A stretch of 46,473 nucleotides of DNA, filler included, from Jimgerdemannia flammicorona (Eukaryota): assembly GCA_003990765.1 (NCBI GenBank). It is 2 parts of 2 records of this genome, joined end to end, with 100 filler letters (N's around TTAATTAATTAA, not from the genome) between each part and the next. Parts side by side here need not be neighbours in the genome. Positions count along the whole stretch, not along the records: positions 1 to 23,190 come from RBNJ01001140.1; positions 23,291 to 46,473 come from RBNJ01001141.1. One strand, 5' to 3'. The notes below the pieces were generated by a model, which worked only from the letters and a program-made list of their open reading frames with translations, did no database searches and had not been told where the DNA came from. Shown here in pieces: positions 12,640 through 25,811 of this stretch. Each line of letters opens with the position of its first letter. The stretch's first letter is position 1. The translations under genes were made by a program, and so were the position numbers.

Positions 12640-13951
12640 TTGTAAGTGCACAATCTCCAAGCCACTGAAATCACACATCACCCTCTGAACAAGCCACCAA
12701 AATCACATGCGACCTTTGAATAAATCTGGAAATCACCTGCTCAGTCACAAAGCTGAGTCAAACTGAAGTCACAGTATATAAAGCTGAGTCAATATGAAGT
12801 CACAGAATACAAGATTTACACAAACAGAATCTTATCAATCAGGACCAAACACATATATACTGAGCACCGAGATGCATTGAATAGAGAACCAAAACAAATA
12901 ACAACCATAACTTCTGAACATATACAAACATGACCACTGAGATCTACAACTGCATCCATTATAAGCACACAACCTCCAAGCTACCAAAATCACATGTCAT
13001 CCTCAGAACCAATTTGGAAACCACATATGAGACTATAAAACAAGTTACTGAAGAGATAATCTGGTTACACAAAATATGCCAGCAAGCATGAGAATCCACT
13101 GCCAAGACACAAGAATACTAGAAGAAGTACTACAACCATAAGACTAACTCTGAACCACTATAACTAGTTTGGTGTACTATACTATTACAAAAGGAAACCA
13201 GAAGTACCAAACTCAAACTGAGACAAGAAGAACTTTATCTTATCTATCAAGGGTTCATGAACTGCACTTATTAAACTCAAGACCAAGATATACTGTAACT
13301 ATACAAGACCTCATTACTTAGCAGAAGCAAAATGCATTTGAACAACTCTATTTGCTCTATCTGTGTCACCTCTATTGGAGAGTGACAGATGCTTTATCTG
13401 AACTCAAGAAAGCTGACATCATCGAAATCAATCTCAAGCCATCCACATGATAGATATTATTACTAAAAATTACCTTGGATTACAGAAAATATTATTTCCA
13501 AGAGATTCAAACCCCCAGCTGCGACATTGGGAGCCCTTGCCCTAGACAAGAATGGCCAGTTCTCACAAATGTGCCAGCAAGCTAAAAAAAAAGAGAACCA
13601 AGACCTGTTATCCTTATACAACCACTGTCACTAAGAATAGTTATAATTTTGCAAGAGACAGAAGTAATGATATCTTTGAAACTAATGACATCAGAAGTCA
13701 GAAAACTGCTCAGACTTTGCCAGTGATGATGTCATCAATAGTGATGTCATCAAAGACTAACCAGACAGTATCTAAACCTATAAATAGTTTAGCAGTCATA
13801 GTATAGTTAGATTAGCCTTGTACAATGTAACTGTGAACTGACTCAGCAGTCAGACGATCTCTTGACATATCAGATCACACTTGTACTACATGACTGCATT
13901 CCAACTCAGCAAGGCACTAAGTGCTACATCCATATTTAGCATAGTCTAGAT

Positions 13952-14239
13952 TAGTGCTCCCAATGAATTGAATTGAATCAAAGGTCCAATTTGATTTGAA
14001 GTTTGATTCAAACCTTAATTTTCAAAATATAATAACTTGACGAAAACTCATCTAAATTTAATATATTTTAGCTTGTTAGATTCACCGTATTAATGTAATT
14101 CTAACAAGCTAACGTACGTTAGATTTGGATGAGTTTATGCTGAGTTATTGCATTTTGAAAATTAGGGTTTGAATCAGACCCTCAATTTAATTTGACTTTT
14201 GATTCAATTCAAATTAATTCGACTCGTTTGGGAGCACTA
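13952..14239. mobile_element. Non-autonomous hAT-type MITE, fold-back structure
   Basis: TIRs TAGTGCTCCC/GGGAGCACTA with long imperfect inverted arms. 8-bp TSD GTCTAGAT/GTCCAGAT. The empty site is visible near 17195-17210. Confidence 0.88.
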
Positions 14240-14369
14240 GTCCAGATAGCCCCTCACTAGTATGTATAAATACCCCCTCCCCTAGACCTCAGAATCTCAG
14301 ACTTGAACAGATCCAAATACTCAAGAATACTTCTGAATACTTCCTCACAATATCTCTTTACATAACTAC

Positions 14370-15559
14370 TTTTTTTTTTGTTTTAATGGACTCATGTCCC
14401 ATGGAATTTTATTGGAAGAGAACCTAGACTATATAGGCCAAATCTCTCCCCCACTGCCCACCAAGCACTGCTCCCCCATTAACCTAGGCTAGCTATTGTC
14501 CAGCAGCTCGACCATGCAAGGTACAGCAGGGCCTATGTTAGCCTGCACCTCATTCTGTGCACCATGCTCTCCCTACTACCAGGGGAAACCCAACTATATA
14601 CCAACAACTGAAAGCACATGCCTGAGAATCCAATGTATGTACAAGGCCATGCCCGAGCTAAATAGAATAGCCCCTGCCACCTCAAAGAGAATGACAGGTA
14701 AAGAAAAACCCTCATCAAAACATAATATGGTAGGTAGGGCCTGGTTCTTCCAGTTGAGGTAAGTAAAGGACTTACATGTGAGGCAGGAGAAAGCCCCCAA
14801 TACTCCACTACTCAAGCCTATAGGCCTCGATTACATTGTCATGTTAGCTCCCGATTCCAGTTAAGTGCAGCCAAGACACCTGAAATAGGTAGTCTCGGGC
14901 CCCCCAACCCCCCCTGATAACTGGAGCCCAACCCTGCTGAGTGCCAAAAGAAGCCGAGAGTGATACCTACTACCTAACTGCACCACACCAATCAAAAGGC
15001 CCCACCAAAGCAGCATCTGCCCTAGCCCTGATGACCACCCCCAGCCTGGCACTCTACTGGTTCACCATTATCACCCTTCCTTCTATCTATGATGGCCATC
15101 TCCCCTCCCATCCCGACAATACCCAAAAAGCAGTCACCTATGCCAGAACTGCACTCGCCAGGAAGCTCACCAAAGCTAGAGGGCCCCACCATAGACACCA
15201 AAGACCTGCAGGTAACCTATACTGAGCACTTAACACCCAAGGTCAGCCAACTCCCTATATAGCCCAAGACACACTGAGATAATACCTTGTTGGTGATGGC
15301 AAAAAGAAGAAGGCACCACACCAAAACAGGTATACCTCAGATGCAGCTAAAGGCACCAGAATCTGCAAAAAAGTGGAGGAAGTACTAATCTGATACTGAT
15401 AAAGGGGCAACTCAATACCATTGCCCTCCTCCTACTATATCTCTGCAGGTACAGCAAACTAACCCAAGGTAGAGGGGGCAATATTAGGGGAAAGGGGACT
15501 TGGAAGGTCACCTACCAAATCTTGTGACCAGTAAGGTAGTAGAGAAAGGAGCATATCAC
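14370..15559 (-). mobile_element. Poly(A)-tailed retroposed insert (truncated or non-autonomous non-LTR element)
   Basis: Poly(T) at 14370-14384. TSD of about 14 bp, CTTTACATAACTAC/CTTTATACAACTAC. Absent from the LTR copy near 17310. Confidence 0.8.
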
Positions 15560-15970
15560 CTTTATACAACTACTCCTAGTATAGCAATATCATGAATAGC
15601 AAATAAATCTATTTAATAACCCACAAACCACTCTTAAGTAAATCTGCCCCCTGTTAGGTCCCACTCCTAACCCTGTTATAAAATTTCCTAATTGAGTATT
15701 GTCTGCAGCAATACGCTGATTCAACTAAGCTGGTCTTAGTTTCTTGAACTTCCTGAAATATGGAAAATTCTGAACATCCAGAACTAATCCAAAAAAGGAC
15801 TTTGGTTGAGACATCAACCTGATCTTAAAATCAATAAGCATAGAGGATGTACTCCATATGAAATTGATCTTAACCAAAAGAAAATAGTCTTCCAGAATAT
15901 CCAGAACTTCTAGAAAACCCTTTCAGAACTACATAACAGTTACCCTAAAAGGCAACTCTCTTACATCCAT

Positions 15971-17030
15971 GCTGACATTTGGAATGCCATTGTCAATTGA
16001 GCTACACCCCCTCTACCCCTCATGAATATCCATAGTATCTACTTTTGTAGAAGCCTGATGAAATGCCCTGAACATGCTTAGTGAGGCCCACCGAATCGGA
16101 CAAATCTCAAGCTACTACCAAATTGGCTGCCTCCTGGAAGACATGGTTGAACACCACCATGACACAGACATTATTCAGATGTCTCAACATCAGAAACTTA
16201 TTGCCTGCAAATACTGAGAACTCTTCTACAAGTATAATACCTTTATTCTCTGCCTCTGAGTTACTACCACTGAAATGATTGCTACCCTATCCTATAGTCA
16301 AATTAATGACATAATACAAGAACTCAACCATAAGTATCTTGAGTATATCCAGACTACAGACAGAACCTTCCCACACCCTGACAACCATATCCTGCAAATG
16401 CCTCAAGTCAGATACACTATGAAGGATGTCTATGATATAATTCGGTTCAATAAAGATGAAGCAGAAGACAATGATCCCTCTGATACCAATATGACCTCCA
16501 GCCAAGAATCTCTACCAACCCTGATCACTCTGCCAATCTTGCCAATGAACTTACAACAGTTCATAACCATCTATGAGACCTATTGAGACAATGACCACTG
16601 GCATGAATACCAATTCACATTTACCCCAGATTACTTCAACTACAATGAAGAGACCAGAGAATACAACCTATACCTCCAGACAACCCTCAAGATTGAGTCA
16701 ACCACTCCACCACCTGAGTACAAGTAATATGAACCACAGCCACTAGCTTACTACAATCCTGTGACTCATAGTGCTATAACCTATAGAAGGTACGCAGACA
16801 GTGAATCCGATGAAAGTGAAAACAATACACCCCTACTTCACCCACCAACACCTTATCTAGCATATGAGATAGATGATGCTATTCTATAGGATGGAGATGA
16901 AGTTCTGATGTATTATTACCTCAGTGAATAAGGAGAAGTGATCTGCGAACTACTTTTCCTAGATGACTACTTCATCAGAGATGATATCATTGATAGTGAT
17001 GTCATCAAAGACTACCCAGATAGTGCCTAA
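15971..17030 (+). pseudogene. LTR-internal ORF of Gypsy-1 (first 10 codons at 12930-12959), unknown protein
   Basis: One frame reads from about 16040 to 17030, broken only by scattered stops compatible with C>T decay. It includes ORF 16275..16586. The N-terminus MTTEIYNCIH|ADIWNAIV is split by the solo LTR. Confidence 0.75.
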
Positions 17031-17713
17031 AACTATAAATAGCTTAGCAGTCATAGTATAGTTAGATTAGTCTTATACAATATGACTGTGAACTAACTCA
17101 GCAGTCAGATGATCTCTTGACATATCAGATCACACTTGTACTATATAACTGAATTCTAACTCAACAAGGTACTAAGTACTACATCTATATTTAGCATAGT
17201 TCAGATAGCCCCTCACTAGTATAAATACCCCCTCCCCCAGACCTCAGAATCTCAGACTTAAAGATCCAGACACCCAAGAACACTTCTGAATACTTCTCCA
17301 CAATATCCCTTCACACAACTACTCCTAGTATAGCAATATCATAAATAGCGAATAAACCTATTTAATAACCCACAAACCACTCTTAAGTAAATCTGCTCCT
17401 CATTAGGTCCCACTTCTAACCCCATCACGAAATTTCCTAATTGTGTATTGTCTGCAGCGATATGCCAATTCAACTAAGCTGGTCTTAGTTTCTTGAACTT
17501 CCTGAAATATGGAAAATCCTGAACATCCAGAACTAGTCCAAAAAAGGACTTTGGTTGAGATGTCAACTCGATCTTGAAATCAATAAGCATAGAGGATATA
17601 CTCCAATGAAATTGATCTTGACCATAAGAAAACAGTCTTCCAGAATATCCAGAACTTCCAGAAAACCCTTCCAGAACTATATAACAGTTACCCTAAAAAG
17701 CAACCCTCTTACA

Positions 17714-20167
17714 AAAACTGCTCTATCCATCAGTTTCAGGCCTTGATGAGCCTGTCATCTATTATGAGTATAATGACTATTGTGTCCAAGCTCTCCTCAA
17801 AGATGACAGTACCATAGTGGTCATGTGGTTGGAATAGAATGGTTATGTTGGCTGCAAATGAGACCCTGAAACCATAGATAAGATTGTACCAGACTCTGCC
17901 ACTATCCTTTCAGGTTGGGCTCTTCTTTTCTAAGATATAAACCATTACTGGAGTAATATTGTTGTCTGTGTATATGGGCAGAGAAATATTATACTCAATA
18001 TATCCTAATGTGATACAAGTGTATGGTTGAGTGAACCCTTGGTCCAGGACCTCACACTGCCAGGCTGTACTAGTGGATGCCTGTTCTTGGTCCAGCCCCA
18101 GGAGCCCTGGCTTAGAAATCTGCCAAAATAGATGGTATTTAGTCAGTGCTTTTTTGCATATAGGGGGGCAGAAACCCCCCAGGTCACAGAAACCCCCCAA
18201 GCTATAGCACCAAAAAAGCAGAGCTCCTCATCTCATATGGCATGCTAAATTGTGCCAAGTATGTATATACAGCTGTACTGAGATCACCACCAAGCTGGTC
18301 TGCTGTATGCTTTATTAGTCTACTCAAAGAACCCCAGATTATAGCTACCATTGCCACACAGACCATATTATGCTCATATGTAGTTTGCTCTTCAATAGCA
18401 CTTTTAAAGTTCTGATAGAGATATAGAATCTTGTGCATCTCTAGAATTATATCAAAAAAGAGTATGTTGGTAGAGAAGAGTGATTATCTGGGGAGGAGAA
18501 AAAAAAAAAGTGAGACAAGTGCAGGGGATTTCAGAACTCCAGAACCCATTCTTCACCAGTATTGCAGTATACTCAATTTCCATCCAAACCCCCTCTCTTT
18601 GCTTTTTTCACTCTCTCTTTCCTGCCACCTAGTATTTGATATAATTCTCACAAACCTCATTGATGTGGCAGCAAAGCTCATCACTATAGAGGTTCTTTAC
18701 CACTATCACAACTACCTCTCTATGATCATTAATAATGATATAGTTCTTTTTATCATTGGTTACTCCTGCTGGCCAATAGACCTCTTGGTCAAGAATGATT
18801 TACTCTGATTCAAATGTAGACCCCCAAACCTTGATTATGATGCTAGTACTGCTCATACTGAACATCTTGTCCTCAAATTTCTCTATTTGATCAGATACTA
18901 AACATGGTTGAACTTAGATAACTTTGAACTCTCCTTTCTAATAGAACTGAGCTCTGATCTGAGGGGCTAAGATAAGTATACAGGCAGGTTGTATACAGAC
19001 AGGTTGTGTGCAGATGGATTACATACAGATGAATTATATATAGATAGATTACATACAGACAGGTTGCATATAGATAGATTGTATGCAGATGGGTTGTGTG
19101 TGAGTATCATGTGAGTGTTTTTTAGGGAAGATCACATAAAAATGAAGTTAAATAAAACACAGAGATGGGTATTTTAGAAAAAGAGCATAAGTGAGTAAGT
19201 GAGTAAGTTGCATACTGACAAGTTGCATACTGATGAGTTGCATGAGTTACACAAGATTACTCATGAAGGCTTACTTCTATTCCTTTTGAGACCTCTGCCA
19301 TACAATATATTGACTCAACAGCTCAGCCACCAAAGGCATGCCTCACAATGTCTGCCAGCCTTTCTTTATCTTTACCAGATATTGTGAATAAAGTCAGCAA
19401 ATCTCACTATAGAGCTGTGGACCCTAAGAAAAGTAGGAGATAAATTGAATTATGTTGGGAGAAACAAGTGATGGCAGAATGAGCAACCTACATCTACTAT
19501 TGGCTACTCCAAAAAGGCTGCTATATATATAGCTGTGAGATCTGTAAATTCCAAGATCTGAAGGACTACCATAAGTTATCATCAGAATTCTCCCTTATCT
19601 CTGCTATTGCCATTACTATCACCATCACCACTGTCATCACCACTGCCACCACCATCATCACTACTGTTGCTACTTTGGCTCTCAATGAGCAGCTTGTATG
19701 CTACCCATATGAGAAAGAATCTAACATTGTCAGCAGAGAGTGTGTTTCCACCTCTCTCTTGATAATCATTGCAGGGTAAAAAAATGAATAGACTAGACCA
19801 ATGTATGATTAAGAACTGCTGTTTTATTTACTCATGATGTGGCAGAAAAGAAAAAGAATAAAGAAAAAGAACAAAGAAAGAACAAAAGGAAAGAGAAAAC
19901 AAAAAGAAAGAGTGATGTCACTCAAAGTAAAGCAGGAAATAAAAACAGAGCAAAAATAAATAAAAGAAAGAGTGATGTCACTAAAGATTTCAATCTGGAT
20001 AAATCAATCTAGATGGATCAATCTGGATGAATCAATCTGGATCAATCTAGATCAATCTAGATTAATTCAGATCAGATCATGAGACCAATCTAAGTTAATT
20101 TAAATCTATTATATGATAAATCTGAATTGAATTGAATCTAGATGAACTTCATCTATTCAGAGCACTA
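17714..20167 (-). mobile_element. Probable degenerate hAT DNA transposon remnant
   Basis: Ends in GAGCACTA (same TIR family as the MITE) with GATCAATCT-type subterminal repeats at 19985-20160. Only weak transposase-like fragments (IWGSL, ILEKKSPT). Confidence 0.45.
18976..19100. repeat. Degenerate tandem repeat, about 18-bp unit
   Basis: Repeated (A/G)CAGA(C/T)(A/G)G(G/A)TT(G/A)(C/T)AT-like units. Confidence 0.6.
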
Positions 20168-23100
20168 ATTGGGAGATTTCAGAAGGCACTCAGAGGATTT
20201 TAGAAGGTAGAGAAAGAGGGCCCAGTGGGAGCCATGAGAGTGAATCCAGAACCAGTATCAAAGTGAATGAAGGATATGTAGAAGAGTATATATAAGGGAG
20301 ATGAATAAATAATGTAACTGAAAATGCATCAGCCATTTATTGCTATGTAAAAATACAGTCCTTATATATAAAATATAATATCCCAAAAGAGAGGATGCAC
20401 CACAACTTGGGACAAACCGAATTAGGAACCATATGATCACTGGAGATAAGCAGAGATAAAGAGAGAGCCAATCCTAGTTGCAGAATAAAAATCACAAATA
20501 AATACAAACAAAACAAATCCAAATTGAGATTAAAAAACATCTGCAGACTTCAGAGGAGTGAGCATGAGTGAGGGGTGAGGTCAAAATAGAGTGAGCTACA
20601 GCAAGCCTAAGTGAAGCAAGGAGCTGAAGGTAGCAGAGAAGAGTAGAGTAAGGCTGAGACCCTGGAGTGAGCATGAGACCCTAGAGGGGGCAAGGATGTT
20701 TTTTAATCCTCTTTGGCAGAGCTGGAGATACCAGAAGGTGATGAAAATGCAAAATGAGAGCAATGGATTAAAGAAGAAACAGAAGGAAGATATAAATGAG
20801 CAATCAGAGGGTATTGAGAGAGATATAAAAGTCTATGGCATGAAAGAGAAGAGTGCAGGATAGTGTCAGGACATTGTGTAACCCAGTAAGTACAATTGAA
20901 TAGTATGATAAGAATTAGGGGTGAGAATGAAGAGGGGGTACAGAGAGGGTAAGGGGAGAGAGAGAGAAGGAAAGGGAGATAAAAGAGAGAGAGGAGAGAA
21001 GAGTGAACAACAGACTATTCAACAGAAGCAAGCAGATTATGAATGATAGAAATAGGGTAGGCACAATGATAGACCACAAAGTTGCTAAGGACCCAAACAG
21101 CAGACACCAAGTCAGAATAATGAGAGCAGTAAAGTGCAAGATGACAAACCTCACTATAAATATATTCAAGAAGAGTATAATAAGAATGATTGGAATAGAA
21201 GTTAGAGAACTGTTGTGAATGAGGAAAATGAGAATAAACAATAGTTCATAAGAGGGAAAGTGAAATAAAAAGATCTAAAAAGAGAATACTGGTCATACTA
21301 TACACCTAAGTAATGGAATGATAGAGAGAGTAGATACTATAGAATATACTAGGAATATCAATATCAGCAATAGTAAGGATGATAAAGTTATCAATGTATC
21401 AGTAAAAGAAGATATCCCTAGCCCTGAATACAATGGAAAGAGGTAAAGAAGGATTATATATCATATGAAGTTCATAGGCCAGGTCAACAAGATTGGTAAG
21501 AGTGGGGGTATAATTCATTTCCATAGCAATATCAGAAGTCTGGTGAAAGGAGCCAAGGACCAACTCAAAATAGTTGGAGCTATAGACAAGGAGCATAAGC
21601 TCAATGATAGAAGTCAACAAAACTGAGTAGTTCAAAGGGAAGAGAATAGAACCCAAGAAGCAAAGACAATCATTGATCTCATCAAAACAAATAGCAGTGT
21701 AGAAGAAAGAGAAATCACCAGAGGCCAAATGGGAAAAACATTGAACAGGCACAATAGTAGAGCAGAGAAGGGCAAGTTCCTGAGTATCATGAAGAATCAT
21801 ATACTCAGGCCCAAGGTAGTGTTGAAGGAAGAGCCATCTAAGAGAGGAAGAAGTGGAATAACCACTTTGAGATCTCAGTGGTGGATGAGCTATAGGTAGT
21901 CATAATGAGATACCAGGCCAAAGTAGGCTTGTAGACTTTAGAAAGGGTATTAAAAACTAGAAGATGAATATCTGGAGAGAACAAAGAGTCCTGGAAGAAG
22001 TTAAAAATGGGGTTCACAAAAGAAGAATCCAAAAGTGATCTAGCATGAGCTAGAGAAACCCAAAGAAGAGTAAGAACCTCATTCAATCCAAGAGCACTTA
22101 GCTTGTAAGCTATGGCTTGAAGAAGGGCAGAAAGGCCATCAAGGTAGAGTGACTTAGAAATAAGTACAAAACTCTAATTCTTATTAGTAACTGTAAGCAA
22201 ATGCAAAGACAATTGCTTGACTGATTTAAGTGCAGTATGTATGGCATAGTCCAAAACTAAGCAAGAGCAAGTATCTGGGAATAGACAGTGAGTAAGTCAT
22301 ATCAAGAAATATGCAATGTGAAGAGACATTGGGAGAGGGGACTCAATTGCTAGGAATATAATAGTGAGAGGGCATCTTACTATGATCTTCAAAAAAGATG
22401 GCAAGGTCAAGAGCATGATGAAAATATGTAAGATGAGCTAGATTGGTAAAGAAGAATTGTGAGGAAGTTATAGGAAAAATGAAGCAAGGATCCAAGAATA
22501 AGGTAAAGACTTAAAGGAGAGAAAGTAGGTAGTTAGCCAAAGAAAAAGGAGGAGATAAAAGTATTCCAAGAGAAGAATAAATCTAAAAGTTCAGGACAAG
22601 CAACTGGGAAAGGTGAAGGGAGGATAACATGAGGAATCACTCAGAGTATACCAGAAGTGACAATAGAATCTAAGAAGAGATAGAGACACTGGGGGAGAAC
22701 CATGCCAGAAGGAAGTTTAAGAGTAGGAGGCCTTCTCCTTCTCTCTGACTTTTTTTGAAGATGGCAAGCCTGATAAGTGAGAGCACACCCAATCAGAGTA
22801 TCAGATCTTGTAGCTATAGACTTTCATGCAGCTCTTATATTTAGGGGCATGGGGAGAGGAGGCAGAGGAGGAGCCAGTAGAGGAGGCAGAAGGAGAGTGA
22901 GCAGTCAAAGGGGCAGCAGCATGAGGGACACCACCATGGGGGCAGACAGACTTGGCCAGGTACCAGTAGGCACAGTGGAGATGACTGGAGCAGACAGCAC
23001 AAGGCCAAGCCCCAATGGGGTAAGAACCAAGTTGATGGCCACACTTGGGGACAGAGAGAATAGAGAAGGAAACCTTGGCAGGAGAGGGGGACTGAGAAGA

Positions 23101-23190
23101 GACTGACAAAGTTTGGTTGGACTTAGTGAGGGTCTTAGTAGGAGCCTTGGCTGTGGCAGCAGCAAAGGAATGAACCTCAGTGCAGGTGGT
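20168..23190 (-). mobile_element. Penelope-like element RT, heavily decayed; boundaries approximate
   Basis: ORF 21399..21800 has LASGDFSFFYTAI, NYFE..HQTSDIAMEMNYTPTLTNL (decayed GxAMGT..APxLANL) and FY*YIDN (RYIDD). Downstream is a thumb-like FYSNH..IYSEVCHLALYCS. Confidence 0.75.
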
Positions 23191-23290
23191 NNNNNNNNNN
23201 NNNNNNNNNNNNNNNNNNNNNNNNNNNNNNNNNNTTAATTAATTAANNNNNNNNNNNNNNNNNNNNNNNNNNNNNNNNNNNNNNNNNNNN
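23191..23290. other. Assembly gap with artificial six-frame stop linker
   Basis: 100-nt N block containing TTAATTAATTAA at 23235-23246. Confidence 0.95.
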
Positions 23291-23646
23291 TTTTACAGTT
23301 ACTCAGACTCTAGCATTTACTATAAAATCTGTCTAACTCTAATATAATATAGTAACCCTACCCTTAGGAAAACTATTTCCAATCTTTTAACAATTAAAGA
23401 CCACTAGATCATCAATCACTCTAACTCTTTCCCTACTCCTCTTTCAATAGATATTAATAATAACTACTCTGGAAACCCCACCTCATCCACTAGCTAGATA
23501 TAACATCCCCCAACAACTCTTTCCATCTCACCAAACACTCCTTCAAACTCATCTGCCTTTCTTCCTCAAATAATCTTATAGTTATTCTCTAATAGTAAGT
23601 ATACCTATAGCTGGTAAATTTCTAGGAGTTACTGGACTATAGTGAG

Positions 23647-24448
23647 TATAAATGCACAACCTCTAAGTCACTGAAATCACTCAGAACAAATTTGAAGTTG
23701 AGTCAAACCAATGTTACAAATTATAAAGCTGAGTTAAACTAAAGTCACAGATTATGAAGCTGAGTTAACTCAAAGTTACAGAACATAAGACTTATAAAAA
23801 TAGAATCTTACAAATTAAGATTGAAGATATATATATCAGATATATAGTACATCAAAATAGAGAATCATAAATAATAATGACAAACTCTCAAATATATATT
23901 CAGCTATGACCACTGAAGTTTATAACTATATCTGTGCTAATATTTGAAAAGCTATTATAAACTAGACCACAACACCTCTGCCTCTTATGAATATCCATAG
24001 CCTAGCACTCCTCTACTTTGTAGAAGTTTGATAAAATACTCCAAATATACATAGTGAGATTTACATAATTAGACAAATCTCAAGCTACTATCAAATTAAC
24101 TGCCTCCTTGAAGATATAGTTAACTAACACTATAATATAAATATTACTAAAATGTCTTAACACCAGAAACTCATCATATATAAATACTGGGAACTCTTTT
24201 ACAAGTATAGTATCTTTATTCTCTATCTCTGAGTTACTATTACTGAAATGGTTACCACTCTAACCTATGGACAAATTGATGACATAGTGCAAGAAATCAA
24301 CCAGGAATATATTGAGTATGTTTGAACTACTGACAGGCCCTTCTTGTATCCAGATGACTACATCTTACAAATGTCCTAAGTTGGATACACTATGAAGGAT
24401 ATCTATGATATAATTTAGTTTAATAATAATGAAATGAAGACAATGACC
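23647..24448 (+). repeat. 5' part of another Gypsy-1-family LTR including the start of the LTR ORF (ATG at 23906)
   Basis: Begins TATAAATGCACAACC. Colinear with 12641-12959 plus 15971-16475. Truncated at about 24448. Confidence 0.85.
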
Positions 24449-25330
24449 GCCTCAGAGATATAACGCTGGCGACCTCACATGTGACCAGGAAATGCGTAGT
24501 CCATAATCTCGCGGCGGTCGTTGGCATCCTCAAGCTTCTCCCCTCTCAGCTTCGGAGAATCAAATTCTCTCTCCATTCTAACAATACCAAGGAGTTGGAG
24601 TCCCACATCCTCTCGCTGGCGCAAAATCTCGAATATTTTAACTTCTTTGACAGGTGTAACATTCCACCTGATCTCGAAATATACCACTCGGTTTTTCTAT
24701 ACGCCAAAAGCGACTCAATTCTGAAAAACATTCACAAGTCGCTTCGGACGCTTTCCTTGGGTGCAGAGGATCTTCCCGAGAATAATTTCGGCTATAGAGC
24801 TGTTTCAGCCAACTGCGACCATGACTTTCTCCAACTTCCTTTCAGAACCTGCGAATCACATCTGATCAAATAGAGCAAAGTTTACGAACTTGGCACCCGA
24901 ATTTCCACACCCTCTACATCGCCGATAACTTCTGCCTCATACGAAGTTCACTGGTGCTGGTGCTCGCCGACCATTGCCGTAGCCTGAGATCGCTGTCGCT
25001 GACGCGAAGAAGCCACAGAGCTGGACCGGGCTCATACCTTTCGGAACATTCCCTAATTCATCTCATCGATTCTTTGCCGCACTCGAAACTCTCAAATTGA
25101 CATTCATTGCTATCCTCTCGAACCCGTTTCTCGCCCGATGCGCCTCTCAGTCGGACCGATTACAGGATCTCCAAATTCATCAAATTAGCGACCAGCACGA
25201 CCAGCTCACAGGCGAAGGAGTAGCAGATATGAGTGGATGGAAGACAAGCTTAAAAAGATAGATATCGTACCTTACTCCATCAGTGGCGTAAGGTCTGTGT
25301 TTGCTATGAACACTTCATTTATAGATAACG
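24449..25330 (+). pseudogene. Leucine-rich-repeat (RNI/F-box-LRR-like) gene fragment with two -1 frameshifts
   Basis: Joined frames give SLRTLSLG, NFHTLYIADN, LADHCRSLRSLSL, ALETLKLTFI, RLQDLQIHQI and SLKKIDI (LxxLxL periodicity). CpG is retained. Confidence 0.65.
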
Positions 25331-25811
25331 TATTACGAGAGTGAAATGATTTTTATCGTTTTGGAAGAAAGAGCTTATCTCGCAGTTAATTGTCTTAGAC
25401 CAAATACGTAGAGCACGTCTTTCGCCACCAACGATGATGCCACGATTTTGTAGCAGATACGTCGAATTATATCTCCTGACACCTGAGAAGAAAACAGACT
25501 ATGAGAAACAAGATTCTGCGGGAATTGCCCTCTTACAGGAAACTGGGGGGGATGGTGCAATAAAAAGACAAGTCATCAGAGTTGAACTTGTCCGCTGAGT
25601 TGGCGTGCTTATTCATGAGGGGTTAATTTTATTGCTTTTCGTCTACTGATCTGTGATATTCTCTTTATCTTCTGCTCGGTTTTGGCCCTCTTTTGCTTGG
25701 AGTTTTACAAGTTTGTAGTTTTCACAATGGCTTTGGTGGGGAGAGGGGGCCGGCGCAGAAGACAAATCGTTGATAAAATTAAAAAAAAAAGCATGCCTTC
25801 GTTTATCAAAA

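Larger units (their letters stand above)
12960..15965 (+). mobile_element. Solo LTR of a Gypsy-1-related subfamily
   Basis: Starts TATAAGCACACAACC (decayed TGTAAG..) and ends CTTACA. Flanked by the 5-bp TSD TCCAT at 12955-12959 and 15966-15970. Confidence 0.88.
5767..17713 (+). mobile_element. Gypsy-1: Ty3/Gypsy chromovirus-type LTR retrotransposon with dUTPase, degenerate
   Basis: LTR end ..CTTACA, PBS-like motif, gag with CCHC, dUTPase, PR-RT-RH-IN-chromodomain order, polypurine tract, and a 3' LTR TGTAAG...CTTACA. Confidence 0.95.
12641..17713 (+). repeat. Gypsy-1 3' LTR (about 2.06 kb net), interrupted by a solo LTR at 12960-15965
   Basis: Termini TGTAAG...CTTACA. The parts 12641-12959 and 15971 onward are colinear with the uninterrupted copy at 23647-24448. 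Confidence 0.9.

Noticed and set aside
23235..23246. TTAATTAATTAA palindrome inside the N run
   Set aside because: Artificial six-frame stop linker. It also means the left and right halves may not be truly adjacent.
23291..23646. C-rich segment resembling a minus-strand LINE fragment
   Set aside because: No diagnostic motif could be recovered, so it was left unannotated.
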